From positions 3,800 through 67,799 of the forward strand of contig DUNI01000171.1 in assembly GCA_012839445.1 (NCBI GenBank): a DNA stretch of 64,000 nt. The letters are read 5' to 3'. Position numbers and translations under genes: made by a program. This stretch comes from Bacillota bacterium (GTDB taxonomy: Bacteria > Bacillota > DTU030 > DUMP01). This document shows, piece by piece, positions 30,637-41,026 of the stretch (position 1 is the stretch's first letter; each line of letters starts with the position of its first letter). The notes below the pieces were generated by a model. The model searched no databases, was not told the origin of the DNA, and worked only from the letters and a program-made list of their open reading frames with translations.

Positions 30637-31880
30637 GTTATTTCACCTGCTTCCACAGGCCCTAATACCACAGCTGCTAAACTGCTTTTTTGAAAGAGAC
30701 GGGAGCAGATGGTCAGTATATCGTCCGCTGTCACCGCTTGTATTTTGGCACGTACTTCTTCTGGGGAAACCCAGCGTTCCAGTGACAATTCCTGTTTACC
30801 TAAACGAATCATTCGGTTAGTGGTGTTTTCTAGGCCTAGAAAGAAGTTGCCCAAAACTTGTTGTTTAGCCCGATTTAGTTCCTGAGCCACAATGGGCTTA
30901 CGAATCATAGCGTCTAGTTCTTTTTGGATTAGCTCCAGCCCTGCCTTTAGGTTGTCTTTGCTCAATCCAGCATAGATTGTAAGTAAGCCGCTGTCCTGAT
31001 AGGCAACGTGATACGAGTACACAGAATAGGCTAGTCCATGCTCTTCTCTAATATGCTGAAAAAGACGGGAAGAAAGACCTCCGCCTAAGATGCTGTTGGC
31101 TACATCTATAGCGTAATTATCTTCATCAACTATGGGAACACCGGGGGCTCCCAAACACAAATGTACTTGCTCTAAAGGCCGTGTAAAAATTGCTGGTCCA
31201 GCTTGAAATAAGGGTTGAGATGCTGGTAAATTTGACTTGGTCGTTGGGGTATGGGTATCTGAGGTGAAATACTTTTCACATTGAGTTACTACTTGGTTGT
31301 GCTTAATGTTACCGGCTACAGCAATTACTAAATTACTTGGGGTGTAGTGGCGTTGAAAAAAAGCATGAATTTGCTGCTGGTTTAATTGGGCTACGCTTTT
31401 ACGTGTTCCCAGCACGGGTCGGCCTAAGGGGTGTTGAGACCAAACAGATTGAGCCAGCAGGTCGTGCACTAGTTCATCCGGCGAGTCTTCGTACATATTA
31501 ATCTCTTCTTGGACTACTTTCTTTTCGCGTTCCACGTCTTCAAGAGCAAGTTTAGGGTTAAGAAACATATCAGCCAGTACGTCAAAAGCTAAGGGAAAGT
31601 GCTCAGCTAATACTTTGGCATAGTAGCAGGTATGTTCTTTAGAAGTAAAAGCGTTGAGATGGCCACCGACAGAGTCCAGAAGTTCTGCAATTTCCCGTGC
31701 GGTGCGCTTGTGAGTTCCTTTGAAGAGAAGGTGTTCTAATAAGTGTGACATACCGGCTTCAGCATGGGCTTCTTTCTTAGAGCCGACATTGACCCAAAAG
31801 CCTATAGCCACTGAAGAAAATCCAGGAACCTCTTCGGTAAGCAAACGTACGCCACAAGGTAGGATAGTCTTTTGGTACAA
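30630..31880 (-). CDS. M16-family (pitrilysin-like) zinc peptidase
   Basis: Inverted zinc motif HLLEH in [14 protein letters not shown]. Sits downstream of pnp, like Bacillus mlpA/ymxG. Confidence 0.85.
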   Translation of the reverse strand: MYQKTILPCGVRLLTEEVPGFSSVAIGFWVNVGSKKEAHAEAGMSHLLEHLLFKGTHKRTAREIAELLDSVGGHLNAFTSKEHTCYYAKVLAEHFPLAFDVLADMFLNPKLALEDVEREKKVVQEEINMYEDSPDELVHDLLAQSVWSQHPLGRPVLGTRKSVAQLNQQQIHAFFQRHYTPSNLVIAVAGNIKHNQVVTQCEKYFTSDTHTPTTKSNLPASQPLFQAGPAIFTRPLEQVHLCLGAPGVPIVDEDNYAIDVANSILGGGLSSRLFQHIREEHGLAYSVYSYHVAYQDSGLLTIYAGLSKDNLKAGLELIQKELDAMIRKPIVAQELNRAKQQVLGNFFLGLENTTNRMIRLGKQELSLERWVSPEEVRAKIQAVTADDILTICSRLFQKSSLAAVVLGPVEAGEITW

Positions 31881-31942
31881 GTTGTTGCCTCCTTTTATCT
31901 GTAGTTATTATAGCACAGGATAACATAAACAAAGTGAACAAA

Positions 31943-31975
31943 TAAAAAAGCATAAACCCTGAGAGTTTATGCTTA
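31943..31975 (-). terminator. intrinsic terminator after pnp
   Basis: AAGCATAAAC-loop-GTTTATGCTT followed by TTTTTT. Confidence 0.8.
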
Positions 31976-31987
31976 CAAAATCAACGG

Positions 31988-34108
31988 TTACTTACGTGTA
32001 CGCCTACCCTTAGTAGAACTGCGTTGAGCTTCTGCCTTTAACAATGCTTTTCGCGATAGATTAATACGTCCTTGCCGATCAATTTCTGTTACCTTGACCA
32101 TAACTTCGTCACCGATGTTTACTACATCTTCTACTTTGGCTACGCGTTCAAGTGCTAATTGAGAAATATGAATCAGGCCTTCTTTACCAGGCAGAATTTC
32201 AGCAAAAGCACCGAAGTTTAGAATGCGGGTAATTTTACCCAAGTAAATTCCGCCAACTTCCACATCCTGGGTAAGCAATTTAATTTTATCTTGTGCTTTG
32301 TAAGCAGCTGCTTCATCGAGGGCAGTAATAAATACACGTCCATCGTCTTCGATGTCAATCTGAACACCGGTTTCATCAATAATCTTGCGGATAGTCTTGC
32401 CGCCCGGTCCAATCACATCACGGATCTTGTCAGGATCAATTTCCATAGTGAGCATGCGAGGTGCGTATTGTGAAATCTCTTTCCGGGGGGCAGGTATTGT
32501 TTCCAGCATCTTTTCCAAAATAAACAAACGGCTATGTTTTGCTTGTTGTAGCGCTTGCCGCAATATGTCTACGTTAATACCAGTCACTTTGATATCCATC
32601 TGAAGAGCATTGATACCCTGAGCTGTCCCTGCTACTTTAAAGTCCATATCGCCATTGGCATCCTCAAGACCCTGAATATCTGTTAAGATAGCTAACTTAT
32701 CTTCTTCCTTGATCAGGCCCATGGCTACTCCCGCTACAGGTGCTTTTATCGGTACCCCACCATCCATAAGAGCCAAGGTGCTGCCACAAACGCTAGCCAT
32801 GGATGAAGATCCGTTAGATTCCAATACCTCTGAAACCAGTCGAATGGTATAAGGGAATACGCTTTCATCTGGGATCATGGGTTCTAAAGCCCTTTCAGCC
32901 AAGGCTCCATGTCCGATTTCTCTTCTTCCCGGTCCGCGGATTGGACGAGTCTCCCCTACACTGGAAGGAGGGAAATTATAGTGGTGCATAAAGCGTTTCG
33001 ATTCCTCAATTTCCAAACCGTCCAATATTTGTTCGTCACCAACCGCTCCCAGTGTCAAACAGGTAAGAACCTGGGTTTGACCTCGTGTAAACAATCCGGA
33101 ACCATGAACCCTGGGAAGTAAGCCTACTTCTGACGTAATAGGTCTGACTTCATCCAATGTGCGCCCATCGGACCTTATCCCATCTTCTAGAATCATGCGC
33201 CGCACTTCTTCTTTAATGATAGTCTGCACAACTTGCAATACGTCTTTGTCTTGTTCGGGGTATATCTCGGTAAATACTTCTAAGGCAGCTTGTTGAACTT
33301 CCTTTAGCTTAACATCCCGGGCTTGTTTTTCAGGATATGTTAGAGCAGTCTTAATCTTGTCCACTGCCCAGACGCGCACTTGTTCTTCCACATCAGGGTC
33401 CGTTTGGTGCAACGGTAAGTCTCGCTTGGGTTTACCTACTTTGTTGACGATTTTGTTTTGGAAAGCAACCAATTCGTTAATGGCTTGCTGTCCCAAGGCA
33501 AGGGCTTCTAATATGGTTTCTTCATCTACTTCATTGGCACCGGCTTCCACCATCATAATGGCATCTGTTTTACCGGCTACAGTAAGATGAAGCTGGCTTA
33601 CCTCTTCTTGTTTTACAGTAGGATTAAGCACAAGCTTATTGTCTACAAGTCCAACAATTACACTGGCAATAGGACCGTCAAAAGGTATGTCAGAAATTGA
33701 AAGGGCGACTGATGCGCCAAACATAGCTGCTATTTCAGGTGAATTATCCTGATCTACCGATAGCACCAGAGCAATTATCTGAACATCATTACGAAAGCCT
33801 TTAGGGAACAAGGGTCTTATGGGTCGGTCGATTAATCGAGCAGAAAGTACTGCTTTTTCACTTGGTCGTCCTTCACGCTTAATAAAACCACCAGGAATCT
33901 TACCGGCAGCGTACAGGCGTTCTTCATAATCCACAGTTAACGGAAAAAAATCAATGCCCTCACGAGGCTGGTCGGAACAGCAGGCGGTGACGAGAACCAC
34001 TGTGTCGCCATATCGCACCAGAGCCGCACCATTGGCCTGCTTGGCCACATGTCCTATCTCCACGCTTAACGGCCGTCCGGCCAGCGTTGTACGGAATGTT
34101 TCGGGCAA
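31988..34108 (-). CDS. pnp: polyribonucleotide nucleotidyltransferase (PNPase)
   Basis: Two RNase PH domains, KH and S1. The track starts at ATG 34189, which has no SD and sits 9 nt after the rpsO terminator. TTG 34108 has GGGAGG 9 nt upstream and gives the usual approx. 10 aa lead-in before LAGR.L..E.G..A.QANGA. Confidence 0.95.
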   Translation of the reverse strand: MPETFRTTLAGRPLSVEIGHVAKQANGAALVRYGDTVVLVTACCSDQPREGIDFFPLTVDYEERLYAAGKIPGGFIKREGRPSEKAVLSARLIDRPIRPLFPKGFRNDVQIIALVLSVDQDNSPEIAAMFGASVALSISDIPFDGPIASVIVGLVDNKLVLNPTVKQEEVSQLHLTVAGKTDAIMMVEAGANEVDEETILEALALGQQAINELVAFQNKIVNKVGKPKRDLPLHQTDPDVEEQVRVWAVDKIKTALTYPEKQARDVKLKEVQQAALEVFTEIYPEQDKDVLQVVQTIIKEEVRRMILEDGIRSDGRTLDEVRPITSEVGLLPRVHGSGLFTRGQTQVLTCLTLGAVGDEQILDGLEIEESKRFMHHYNFPPSSVGETRPIRGPGRREIGHGALAERALEPMIPDESVFPYTIRLVSEVLESNGSSSMASVCGSTLALMDGGVPIKAPVAGVAMGLIKEEDKLAILTDIQGLEDANGDMDFKVAGTAQGINALQMDIKVTGINVDILRQALQQAKHSRLFILEKMLETIPAPRKEISQYAPRMLTMEIDPDKIRDVIGPGGKTIRKIIDETGVQIDIEDDGRVFITALDEAAAYKAQDKIKLLTQDVEVGGIYLGKITRILNFGAFAEILPGKEGLIHISQLALERVAKVEDVVNIGDEVMVKVTEIDRQGRINLSRKALLKAEAQRSSTKGRRTRK

Positions 34109-34197
34109 ATTTATAAACCTCCCTTGCTTTACTGCTAACTCTTTTCGCTGTTTGAGGTAGTATATCCTTTTCTCTAATAAGAAAGACATCTTACTTA

Positions 34198-34224
34198 GTG
34201 AAAAGAGCGGGACTCCCCGCTCTT
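34198..34224 (-). terminator. rpsO terminator / start of the pnp leader
   Basis: 8 bp stem AGAGCGGG/CCCGCTCT with a 4 nt loop, then TTTTC. Overlaps the rpsO stop codon. Confidence 0.7.
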
Positions 34225-34492
34225 AGTGTCTAAGACCCAATTTATCTACCAAGCTACGGTACCGTTCAATATCCTTAGCTTTCAGATACTCTAACATTCC
34301 TCGCCGTTGGCCTACCATCTTAAGCAATCCTCGTCTAGAATGGTGGTCTTTTCGATGTTCTTTCAGATGTTCTGTCAAGTAATTAATGCGTTCAGTAAGA
34401 ATGGCGATTTGGACCTCTGGAGATCCAGTGTCCTGTTCGTGAAGTTGAAATTGGCTAATTACATCGTGCTTTTTAGGGCCGTCAAGGGCCAT
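34223..34492 (-). CDS. rpsO: 30S ribosomal protein S15
   Basis: 89 aa with TGS.EVQIA.LTERI..LTEHLK.H.KD.HSRRGLL.MV..RR.LL.YL. Confidence 0.96.
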   Translation of the reverse strand: MALDGPKKHDVISQFQLHEQDTGSPEVQIAILTERINYLTEHLKEHRKDHHSRRGLLKMVGQRRGMLEYLKAKDIERYRSLVDKLGLRH

Positions 34493-34579
34493 TTGTCATA
34501 CCTCCTGTTTTCTAATCCCCTCAGTCCCAGAAAACCGTTGGAGGTACGGTTATCCGCGGCTAAGGTTCACATGTAGCAG

Positions 34580-34810
34580 TTACCTGCCGATAATTGTAAT
34601 GACTAGGCGACCTAACTTTGTATCTTTTGCGACCAAATCAAATGAACGTCCTGACCAGGACACAAAACCACGGAAGCGTGTGGCTGATGGGATACGCCCA
34701 GGAATGCTGTGTGCAGCGCTCTGGATGTCTTCAAGGGTGACTCCTCCCTGTCGCTCTTCCTGGAGACGTTTCTGGGCATGTTCAGTGATGATTACTTTTA
34801 ACGGTGTCAT
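34580..34810 (-). CDS. small DUF4258-like protein (candidate toxin of a TA-like pair)
   Basis: 76 aa, MTPLKVIITEHAQKRLQEER.GGVTLEDIQ....LVITIIGR. ATG 34810 overlaps the upstream stop (ATGA). Family call is by motif resemblance only. Confidence 0.45.
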   Translation of the reverse strand: MTPLKVIITEHAQKRLQEERQGGVTLEDIQSAAHSIPGRIPSATRFRGFVSWSGRSFDLVAKDTKLGRLVITIIGR

Positions 34811-35082
34811 GGCTCAGCCAATCGAGGCTTGCTGCCTGCAGTTGAATCATTTTGAATTAAGAAAGCATAAAGAGCATCTTGAAAAGCCGTCACGCCGGCA
34901 TTATCAGTTTCGGCTCGTTGATATATTGCCTCCAATTCACGCCGCAGATTCTGAAATTCAGGGCTAACACAAATTTCTGCAATCCGAGTCAACATAGCCT
35001 TGAAATCTTCCTCCGGCAAAGGATAATTGCTACCCGGCATTCCCATCGCTCCTTCTGGTCGCCTCAGGCAGAATTTTATCAT
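34807..35082 (-). CDS. hypothetical small helical protein (candidate partner or antitoxin)
   Basis: ATG 35082 overlaps the ribF stop (ATGA) and gives 91 aa. The track start at 35115 would overlap ribF by 37 nt. No family recognised. Confidence 0.4.
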   Translation of the reverse strand: MIKFCLRRPEGAMGMPGSNYPLPEEDFKAMLTRIAEICVSPEFQNLRRELEAIYQRAETDNAGVTAFQDALYAFLIQNDSTAGSKPRLAEP

Positions 35083-36062
35083 AAAGCTTCGCCATTGTAA
35101 ACCAAAGAGGGGCAATCTGGTTGCATTTTTACACCAGTGTATGGAAAGAAACGGAGTGCTTCTTGCTTGTCCGCTTCCAGTTGATTTCTTAACTCTTCAG
35201 AGGATACAAATTTTCGTTCCGGCCTTATGAAAGCCAGCAGTTCTACCCGCAGGGATTTTTCATATAAATTATCCTGAAAGTCAAAGAAGTTGGCTTCTAG
35301 GCGAGCTGTATGTTCGCCAAAGGTTGGCACTGAACCTATATTGGCCATTCCAAGTAAGTGTCGGCCTTGGTACCAACTACGTACTGCATAAACACCGAAA
35401 CGTGGCCATTGTAACCCCTTACGAAGAGGTATGTTAGCGGTGGGAAAGCCGAAAGAACGCCCTCTTTTTGCTCCATGGGTAACACGGCCAGAGACACTGG
35501 GCCAGCGTCCCAAAGCTGCTTTAGCATGCACAACCTCGCCTTGGCTCACGAGCTGTCTAATTAGAGTGCTGGAAACAGTCTTGTTGTTAACAGTCACCGG
35601 TGGTACAACAGTCACCTTAAAGCCTAGTTCCTGACTCCAATGAGCTAGATTTTTGGAAGTGCCTTCTCCTAGATGGCCGAAGGTGTAGTCATAACCGACA
35701 GTCGCATGCTTTGTTCTTAATGTTTCGGCTAGAACCATACGAACAAAAGTAGAAGGTTTAGTCGCTGCCAAGGCAGGTGTAAACGGCAGTATTAGAAAAA
35801 CATCCACACCTAAGCTTTCTATGAGCTTTATTTTTTCATTAAGGGGAGTAATAAGTTTTGGGGCAGCACCAGGATTTATAATTGCCAAGGGGTGTGGCTC
35901 AAATGACAAAACCACACTAGGCAGTGACCGTTTGCGTGCTTCTTCTACAGTAGTAGCGATAATGTCTCGATGTCCAATATGTACACCATCGAAATATCCT
36001 AGCGCCACGCTCCCTACAGGTTCTCTAGAGCACCACTTACTAAGTCCCTGCACTATCTTCAT
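35079..36062 (-). CDS. ribF: bifunctional riboflavin kinase / FMN adenylyltransferase
   Basis: GYFDGVHIGH, then the C-terminal riboflavin kinase domain (GFPTAN, ..E...F.F...LY). Confidence 0.92.
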   Translation of the reverse strand: MKIVQGLSKWCSREPVGSVALGYFDGVHIGHRDIIATTVEEARKRSLPSVVLSFEPHPLAIINPGAAPKLITPLNEKIKLIESLGVDVFLILPFTPALAATKPSTFVRMVLAETLRTKHATVGYDYTFGHLGEGTSKNLAHWSQELGFKVTVVPPVTVNNKTVSSTLIRQLVSQGEVVHAKAALGRWPSVSGRVTHGAKRGRSFGFPTANIPLRKGLQWPRFGVYAVRSWYQGRHLLGMANIGSVPTFGEHTARLEANFFDFQDNLYEKSLRVELLAFIRPERKFVSSEELRNQLEADKQEALRFFPYTGVKMQPDCPSLVYNGEAL

Positions 36063-36084
36063 CCGTTTTCAACACTCCCAATCC

Positions 36085-36990
36085 CTAATTAAAGACAACC
36101 TTTGGTTTTAGTAGGCGATTAAGATCGCTAAGATCAATATTTCCGACTCCTAGAAAAACACCGCTTCTGTTCAAGACGCGTACTGCTATGGTCTTATTAC
36201 AGGAGAGTATATCTTGGTGTAACAGGATTTGGTTACCGTGTACAAACGAATTCGAGTCTTTCTCGTCAAGGATAACTGTTGGCAGATTATGTAAGGCATC
36301 TTGAGGTGGGCACAACCAACGAGAAATCTGGTCATGTTTCAGGGCGATCTCAAATTCGTTAGGTGTAAGGCTCGATGAAACGGAAAAAGGACCACTTTGA
36401 GTTCGTAGAAGGAAGGAGAGATAAGCGCCACAACCAAGGGCTTCTCCAATATCAGCGGCTAGAGAACGCACATAAGTCCCCTCTGTGCAGATGCATTCGA
36501 TTAAAGCTTGTGGATGGCATTCATCAGGAGTAAACGAAAGAAGCTCAAGTTTTTTTATTAGTACGCGCCGGGGCTTCCTGTCTATTTCGATACCCTTCCG
36601 AGCCAAATTGTACAAGCGTTGACCTTGCCATTTCAGAGCAGACACCATTGGCGGCACTTGGTAAATCGGCCCAGTGAAGTTTAGCAGCAACTCCTCTAAC
36701 TCTTGGCGCTGTAGTCCAGTGGGGCTTTTAGCAACAATTTCTCCGCCGGAGTCAAGGGTGCTAGTTGTAAGTCCAAAAGTTATTTCTCCCCGATAAATCC
36801 TGGTTCTTTCCAGATACGAAATTAATCGAGTGGCTCTACCAACAGCTATCACCAGGACACCACAGGCCAGCGGGTCTAATGTGCCGGCGTGTCCCACCCT
36901 CCTAATTCCCAACAATCGGCGAACATAGGCTACCATATCATGGGAAGTAGGGCCCGATGGTTTAAGTATATTGACAAACCCATCAACCAC
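36085..36990 (-). CDS. truB: tRNA pseudouridine(55) synthase
   Basis: G..N..KP.G.TSHD and catalytic-Asp motif GHAGTLDP. GTG 36990 preferred (GGAGG at 9 nt, 8 nt overlap with nrnA). Confidence 0.9.
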   Translation of the reverse strand: MVDGFVNILKPSGPTSHDMVAYVRRLLGIRRVGHAGTLDPLACGVLVIAVGRATRLISYLERTRIYRGEITFGLTTSTLDSGGEIVAKSPTGLQRQELEELLLNFTGPIYQVPPMVSALKWQGQRLYNLARKGIEIDRKPRRVLIKKLELLSFTPDECHPQALIECICTEGTYVRSLAADIGEALGCGAYLSFLLRTQSGPFSVSSSLTPNEFEIALKHDQISRWLCPPQDALHNLPTVILDEKDSNSFVHGNQILLHQDILSCNKTIAVRVLNRSGVFLGVGNIDLSDLNRLLKPKVVFN

Positions 36991-37960
36991 GGTTGTGTGC
37001 CTCCTGCAGTGCTTGTTGAACCGCTTCCAGGACTTCCTTTTCAGCATGGGCTAATGTTCCGGAAAGAATGCAACCAGCTGCCCGGGGATGTCCTCCCCCA
37101 CCCAGGCGCATAGCCAGAAGACCAACATTGACGGATTGTCGAGAGCGAAGCCCTACTCGTACATGACCGTCCACGCTTTCTGTTAGGAGAACTGCTACTT
37201 CGGCACTGGCTACCATGCGCGGGTAGTTTATTATTCCGCTAAGATCTTCATCAGTATAGTATTGAACAATATCATAAGGGAGACTGATCCAGGCAATTTG
37301 GCCGTCAGTACTGACACTAAGTCGCTGGAGTGCTTTCTGAAGAAGTTGTAATTGGGTAACTGATTTTCTATCATATATTTCATCGGCAATTTTCCAGGGC
37401 TTAACACCAATCTTAAGGAGTTGCTCTGCCACTTGATGGACTCTAGCCGTGGTGTTTTCATAGCGAAATCCACCCGTATCGGTATGAATTCCTGTGTACA
37501 AGCAAGTAGCCGTTTTTACAGTAAGTGGAATAGCAAGTTTTTTGAGCAGGAAAAATATCATTTCAGCAGTTGCCGAAGCCTTGGGCTCTACCCAATTTAT
37601 AGCACCAAACTTTGTGTTGGTAGAATGGTGATCGATATTTATTATACTATGCAATGAGGACACTTTATCGGTTATGGTACCCAATCGATCTAAGTCACCA
37701 CAATCTAGGATTATTGCTGTTGCTTGGCCCTCAGTGGTAAACGATGTAGTGACATATTCGGTACCAGGTAAAAACTGATAGTTAGCGGGCACACCGTCAG
37801 GACTAATTAATTGTACCTGCCAACCATGATCTTTCAGAGCCAGCCCCAGGCCTAAGAGGGAACCTAGGGCATCTCCGTCAGGGTCTACGTGGCAAAACAG
37901 GAGTAGATTAGGGCTCTGATTTAGGGCGCTTTTTATCTCTTGAAGGTGGGGTATTATCAT
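36983..37960 (-). CDS. nrnA: DHH/DHHA1 phosphoesterase (NrnA-type oligoribonuclease/pAp phosphatase)
   Basis: HVDPDGDALGS, NIDHH and GGGH motifs. ATG 37960 preferred (GGAAGGAG at 9 nt). Confidence 0.85.
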   Translation of the reverse strand: MIIPHLQEIKSALNQSPNLLLFCHVDPDGDALGSLLGLGLALKDHGWQVQLISPDGVPANYQFLPGTEYVTTSFTTEGQATAIILDCGDLDRLGTITDKVSSLHSIINIDHHSTNTKFGAINWVEPKASATAEMIFFLLKKLAIPLTVKTATCLYTGIHTDTGGFRYENTTARVHQVAEQLLKIGVKPWKIADEIYDRKSVTQLQLLQKALQRLSVSTDGQIAWISLPYDIVQYYTDEDLSGIINYPRMVASAEVAVLLTESVDGHVRVGLRSRQSVNVGLLAMRLGGGGHPRAAGCILSGTLAHAEKEVLEAVQQALQEAHNRG

Positions 37961-38312
37961 TTTTTTCGGCTCCTTCCTGGAGGCGGTCAATAAAGTTAGT
38001 TAACTCTATGCCATGAGCAATAGATTCGTCCAAATGAAATGTAAGCTCTGGAGTATATCGCAATCTTATACGCTGACCCAGTTCATGGCGAATAAATCCA
38101 GTAGCTCGCCCAAGTCCCTCAAGAGTTTCTTTTTTCTCTTCGTCGTTTCCGAGGACACTTACATATACATTAGCGTAGCGCAAATCCCCTGATACAGTTA
38201 CTTTGGTAACCGAGGCAAACCCTATGCGAGGATCCTTAAGTTCACGCTGTATTAGCTCGCCGATTTCCTGTTGGATAGCTACTTCTAACTTGGCTACGCG
38301 CAATTTTCCCAT
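37908..38312 (-). CDS. rbfA: ribosome-binding factor A
   Basis: R..K....I..E...LI..ELKDPR....SVT.V.VS.DL. ATG 38312 lies 8 nt after GGAGG. The C-terminal basic tail overlaps the nrnA start. Confidence 0.9.
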   Translation of the reverse strand: MGKLRVAKLEVAIQQEIGELIQRELKDPRIGFASVTKVTVSGDLRYANVYVSVLGNDEEKKETLEGLGRATGFIRHELGQRIRLRYTPELTFHLDESIAHGIELTNFIDRLQEGAEKNDNTPPSRDKKRPKSEP

Positions 38313-38356
38313 CAGGTACACCTCCGCGTTTTAGAAACTGGTGCTTATTGTGCAGA

Positions 38357-40435
38357 TCAAAGAGTAGCGGGAACCTCTTCAATCTTAAATGCTTCTATGA
38401 GATCGCCTTCTTTAATATCTTGGTAATTAGCCAACCCAATGCCACATTCATATCCGGCGGCCACTTCGCGCACATCATCCTTAAACCGGCGCAAGGAACC
38501 AATGGGGCCTTCATGGATTACAATGCCATCTCTTACCAGACGCGCTTGCGCATCCCGGCTTATTTTTCCATCCCGCACATAACAACCGGCAATGGTTCCT
38601 GCTTTAGGCACATGGAAGGTGGCACGAACTTCTGCCTTTCCTAAAAGCATTTCACGGATTTTGGGTGCCAACATGCCTTCCATGGCTGCTTTCACATCTT
38701 CGATGGCGTCGTAGATTACGCGATAAAGCCTAATATCTACATTTTCTGCCTCTGCAGTCTGAGTTGCTTTTCCTTCAGGTCGGACGTTGAACCCAACGAC
38801 AATAGCTTGGGACGCAGCAGCTAACATAATGTCTGTTTCTGTGATGGCACCTACTCCTCCGTGAATCACATTTACCTTCACTTCGGTAGTGGAAAGCTTT
38901 TCTAAGGCTTGCTGTATGGCTTCCACTGACCCTTGCACATCAGCCTTGATTATTATGTTGAGTTCTTTGATTTCACCTTCTTGGATACGGAGATATAGCT
39001 CATCTAACGTAAGGCCGCCTCTGGTCTGAAGTTCTGTTTCGCGCAAACGGCTTCTCTCTTCTTCTGCAAGGGTCCGGGCAATTTTTTCATTGGCCACCAC
39101 TCGCATGATATCGCCAGCTTGGGGGACTTCACTAAACCCTTGAACAGCAACTGGGATTGAGGGGCCGGCTTCATTGACTCGGTTACCTTTGTCATTGGTC
39201 ATGGCTCGAACCTTACCGGACGCAGTGCCAGCTATAATTGCATCGCCAACGCGTAATGTACCTCTTTGCACTAATACAGTAGCTACAGGACCCCGTCCTC
39301 GATCTAATTCAGCTTCTACGATAGTGCCTACAGCTTTTCGCTTAGGGTTAGCCTTGAACTCTTTCAGATCAGCCAGCAACAAAACCATTTCCAGAAGGTC
39401 ATCAATACCTTCTTTGTGTTTCGCAGAGACCGGCAGACAAATGGTATCCCCGCCCCACTCTTCCGGTATTAGACCATATTCAGTTAGCTGTTGCTTCACC
39501 ACATCAGGACGAGCACCAGGCTTATCGATCTTGTTAATAGCTACAATGATAGGTACCTTAGCTGCTTTAGCATGGTTAATGGCTTCGACAGTCTGAGGCA
39601 TAACACCGTCGTCAGCAGCAACAACAAGGATAGCTATGTCTGTTACTTGAGCACCCCGTGCACGCATAGCAGTAAATGCTTCATGGCCAGGCGTATCGAG
39701 AAACACAATCTTACGGCCACCGGAAGAAATCACCGATGCCCCTATGTGTTGTGTAATACCGCCTGCTTCTTCAGCAGTAACCTTAGTACGACGAATGGCA
39801 TCCAAAAGAGAAGTTTTTCCATGATCAACGTGACCCATTACTGTCACCACCGGTGGACGGTCGCGAAGTTGCTCAGGTCGATCTTTGACTTCTTCTAACA
39901 CTGGAAGTTGTTCTTCTATGGGTCTTACCTTAAAGCCCAGTTTTTCGGCTACCTGAGCGGCAGCGGAGTAGTCAATAGCTTGATTAAGGCCAGCAATGAT
40001 ACCTCGATCAAAAAGGAGCTTGACTATTTGTCCTCCAGGCTTTTCCAGTATGGTTGCCAAATCTTGAACGGTGAGCGAAGGCGGTAGCTGAACTTCTTGA
40101 GCAGGGCTAGTATCTAAGCCCCCCTCTGTTACAGTTGTAGATTGTTCGCTGTCTCGCCCTCGCCTAGTGTCTTCACGGCGACCTCCTTTTTTGCCACTAG
40201 GCCGTTTAGAGTTACCTTTTCTTGATCTTGGTTCAGTTACTTCCTCTTCTTCTGAGTCGATGTCGGGCACATCATTTACCTCACCGAGACTATCCAAAAC
40301 CTGCTTTATAACATCCTCGTCCAATGTACTCATATGATTCTTAACTTTAATATCCATTTCAGCCAAAAGCTCTAACAGTTCTTTACTTGTGACTTTGAGT
40401 TCTTTGGCCAATTCATATACGCGTAGTTTGCCCAT
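38357..40435 (-). CDS. infB: translation initiation factor IF-2
   Basis: GTPase motifs [13 protein letters not shown] and NKID; 692 aa. Confidence 0.97.
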   Translation of the reverse strand: MGKLRVYELAKELKVTSKELLELLAEMDIKVKNHMSTLDEDVIKQVLDSLGEVNDVPDIDSEEEEVTEPRSRKGNSKRPSGKKGGRREDTRRGRDSEQSTTVTEGGLDTSPAQEVQLPPSLTVQDLATILEKPGGQIVKLLFDRGIIAGLNQAIDYSAAAQVAEKLGFKVRPIEEQLPVLEEVKDRPEQLRDRPPVVTVMGHVDHGKTSLLDAIRRTKVTAEEAGGITQHIGASVISSGGRKIVFLDTPGHEAFTAMRARGAQVTDIAILVVAADDGVMPQTVEAINHAKAAKVPIIVAINKIDKPGARPDVVKQQLTEYGLIPEEWGGDTICLPVSAKHKEGIDDLLEMVLLLADLKEFKANPKRKAVGTIVEAELDRGRGPVATVLVQRGTLRVGDAIIAGTASGKVRAMTNDKGNRVNEAGPSIPVAVQGFSEVPQAGDIMRVVANEKIARTLAEEERSRLRETELQTRGGLTLDELYLRIQEGEIKELNIIIKADVQGSVEAIQQALEKLSTTEVKVNVIHGGVGAITETDIMLAAASQAIVVGFNVRPEGKATQTAEAENVDIRLYRVIYDAIEDVKAAMEGMLAPKIREMLLGKAEVRATFHVPKAGTIAGCYVRDGKISRDAQARLVRDGIVIHEGPIGSLRRFKDDVREVAAGYECGIGLANYQDIKEGDLIEAFKIEEVPATL

Positions 40436-40454
40436 TCTGTCACCCCCGTAGTTT

Positions 40455-40880
40455 CTAATTCTCTACGCTTTCCCACTTACGGATAATTTCCTGTGCTAAC
40501 GATGGATCGTTTATGGCTGCCACAGCAACCAAGTTTCTACCTAGCTTACTACCAAGCTCAGTCTTCGTGCCAATTTCAAGGATGGTAATATTACTAGCGT
40601 CTGCGTACGTGGCAAAACCAAGTTTTGTGCGAGTGCTGCTATCCGTAGCCAGTACCAATAAGTGAACTTGTGATAGCTGCAGTGACTTTCGAACAGCTTG
40701 TTCACCAATAACCAGTTTGCCTGCTTTACGGGCTAACCCCAGTAATCCTAGTACCGAAACTAGATTTCTACCAGCCGATCCTCCAGTTCTCGGATAACCT
40801 CCGGAGGAAGATCTGCTTCCAGGGATCTTTGTAGTCGCCTGGCCTTGAGAGCAGTCTCCAGACAACTTCGGTGAGGACAA
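40455..40880 (-). CDS. L7Ae-family RNA-binding protein (YlxQ-like); start codon unresolved
   Basis: C-terminal 100 aa ([18 protein letters not shown]...LLVLATD.S..T) forms the L7Ae/YlxQ core. There is no ATG/GTG/TTG near the core start (about 40760). The nearest in-frame TTGs are at 40865 and 40880. Confidence 0.65.
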   Translation of the reverse strand: MSSPKLSGDCSQGQATTKIPGSRSSSGGYPRTGGSAGRNLVSVLGLLGLARKAGKLVIGEQAVRKSLQLSQVHLLVLATDSSTRTKLGFATYADASNITILEIGTKTELGSKLGRNLVAVAAINDPSLAQEIIRKWESVEN

Positions 40881-41026
40881 ATATATACCCCCCGCCCTGA
40901 TTTTTTGCCTGTTCGATCCACTTCTACTCTCTGATCCGGAGTACGCACTACTCGCAAGAGATCCTTTTTTGGTCGCATCTCTTGGCAGCCTACGCACATG
41001 CGCATAGGTACCCGACGTTTTTTCAT
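40760..41026 (-). CDS. ylxR: YlxR-family (DUF448) RNA-binding protein
   Basis: 88 aa with R.C.GC......K..L.R.V....G....D...K..GRG.Y.C. ATGA overlap with the nusA stop. Confidence 0.88.
   Translation of the reverse strand: MKKRRVPMRMCVGCQEMRPKKDLLRVVRTPDQRVEVDRTGKKSGRGVYICPHRSCLETALKARRLQRSLEADLPPEVIRELEDRLVEI

Noticed and set aside
34599-34967. 122 aa plus-strand ORF opposite the small-ORF cassette.
   Set aside because: The minus-strand ORFs are chained by ATGA overlaps to ribF and one has a recognisable motif, whereas the plus-strand ORF has no SD and an Arg/Pro/Ser-rich composition.
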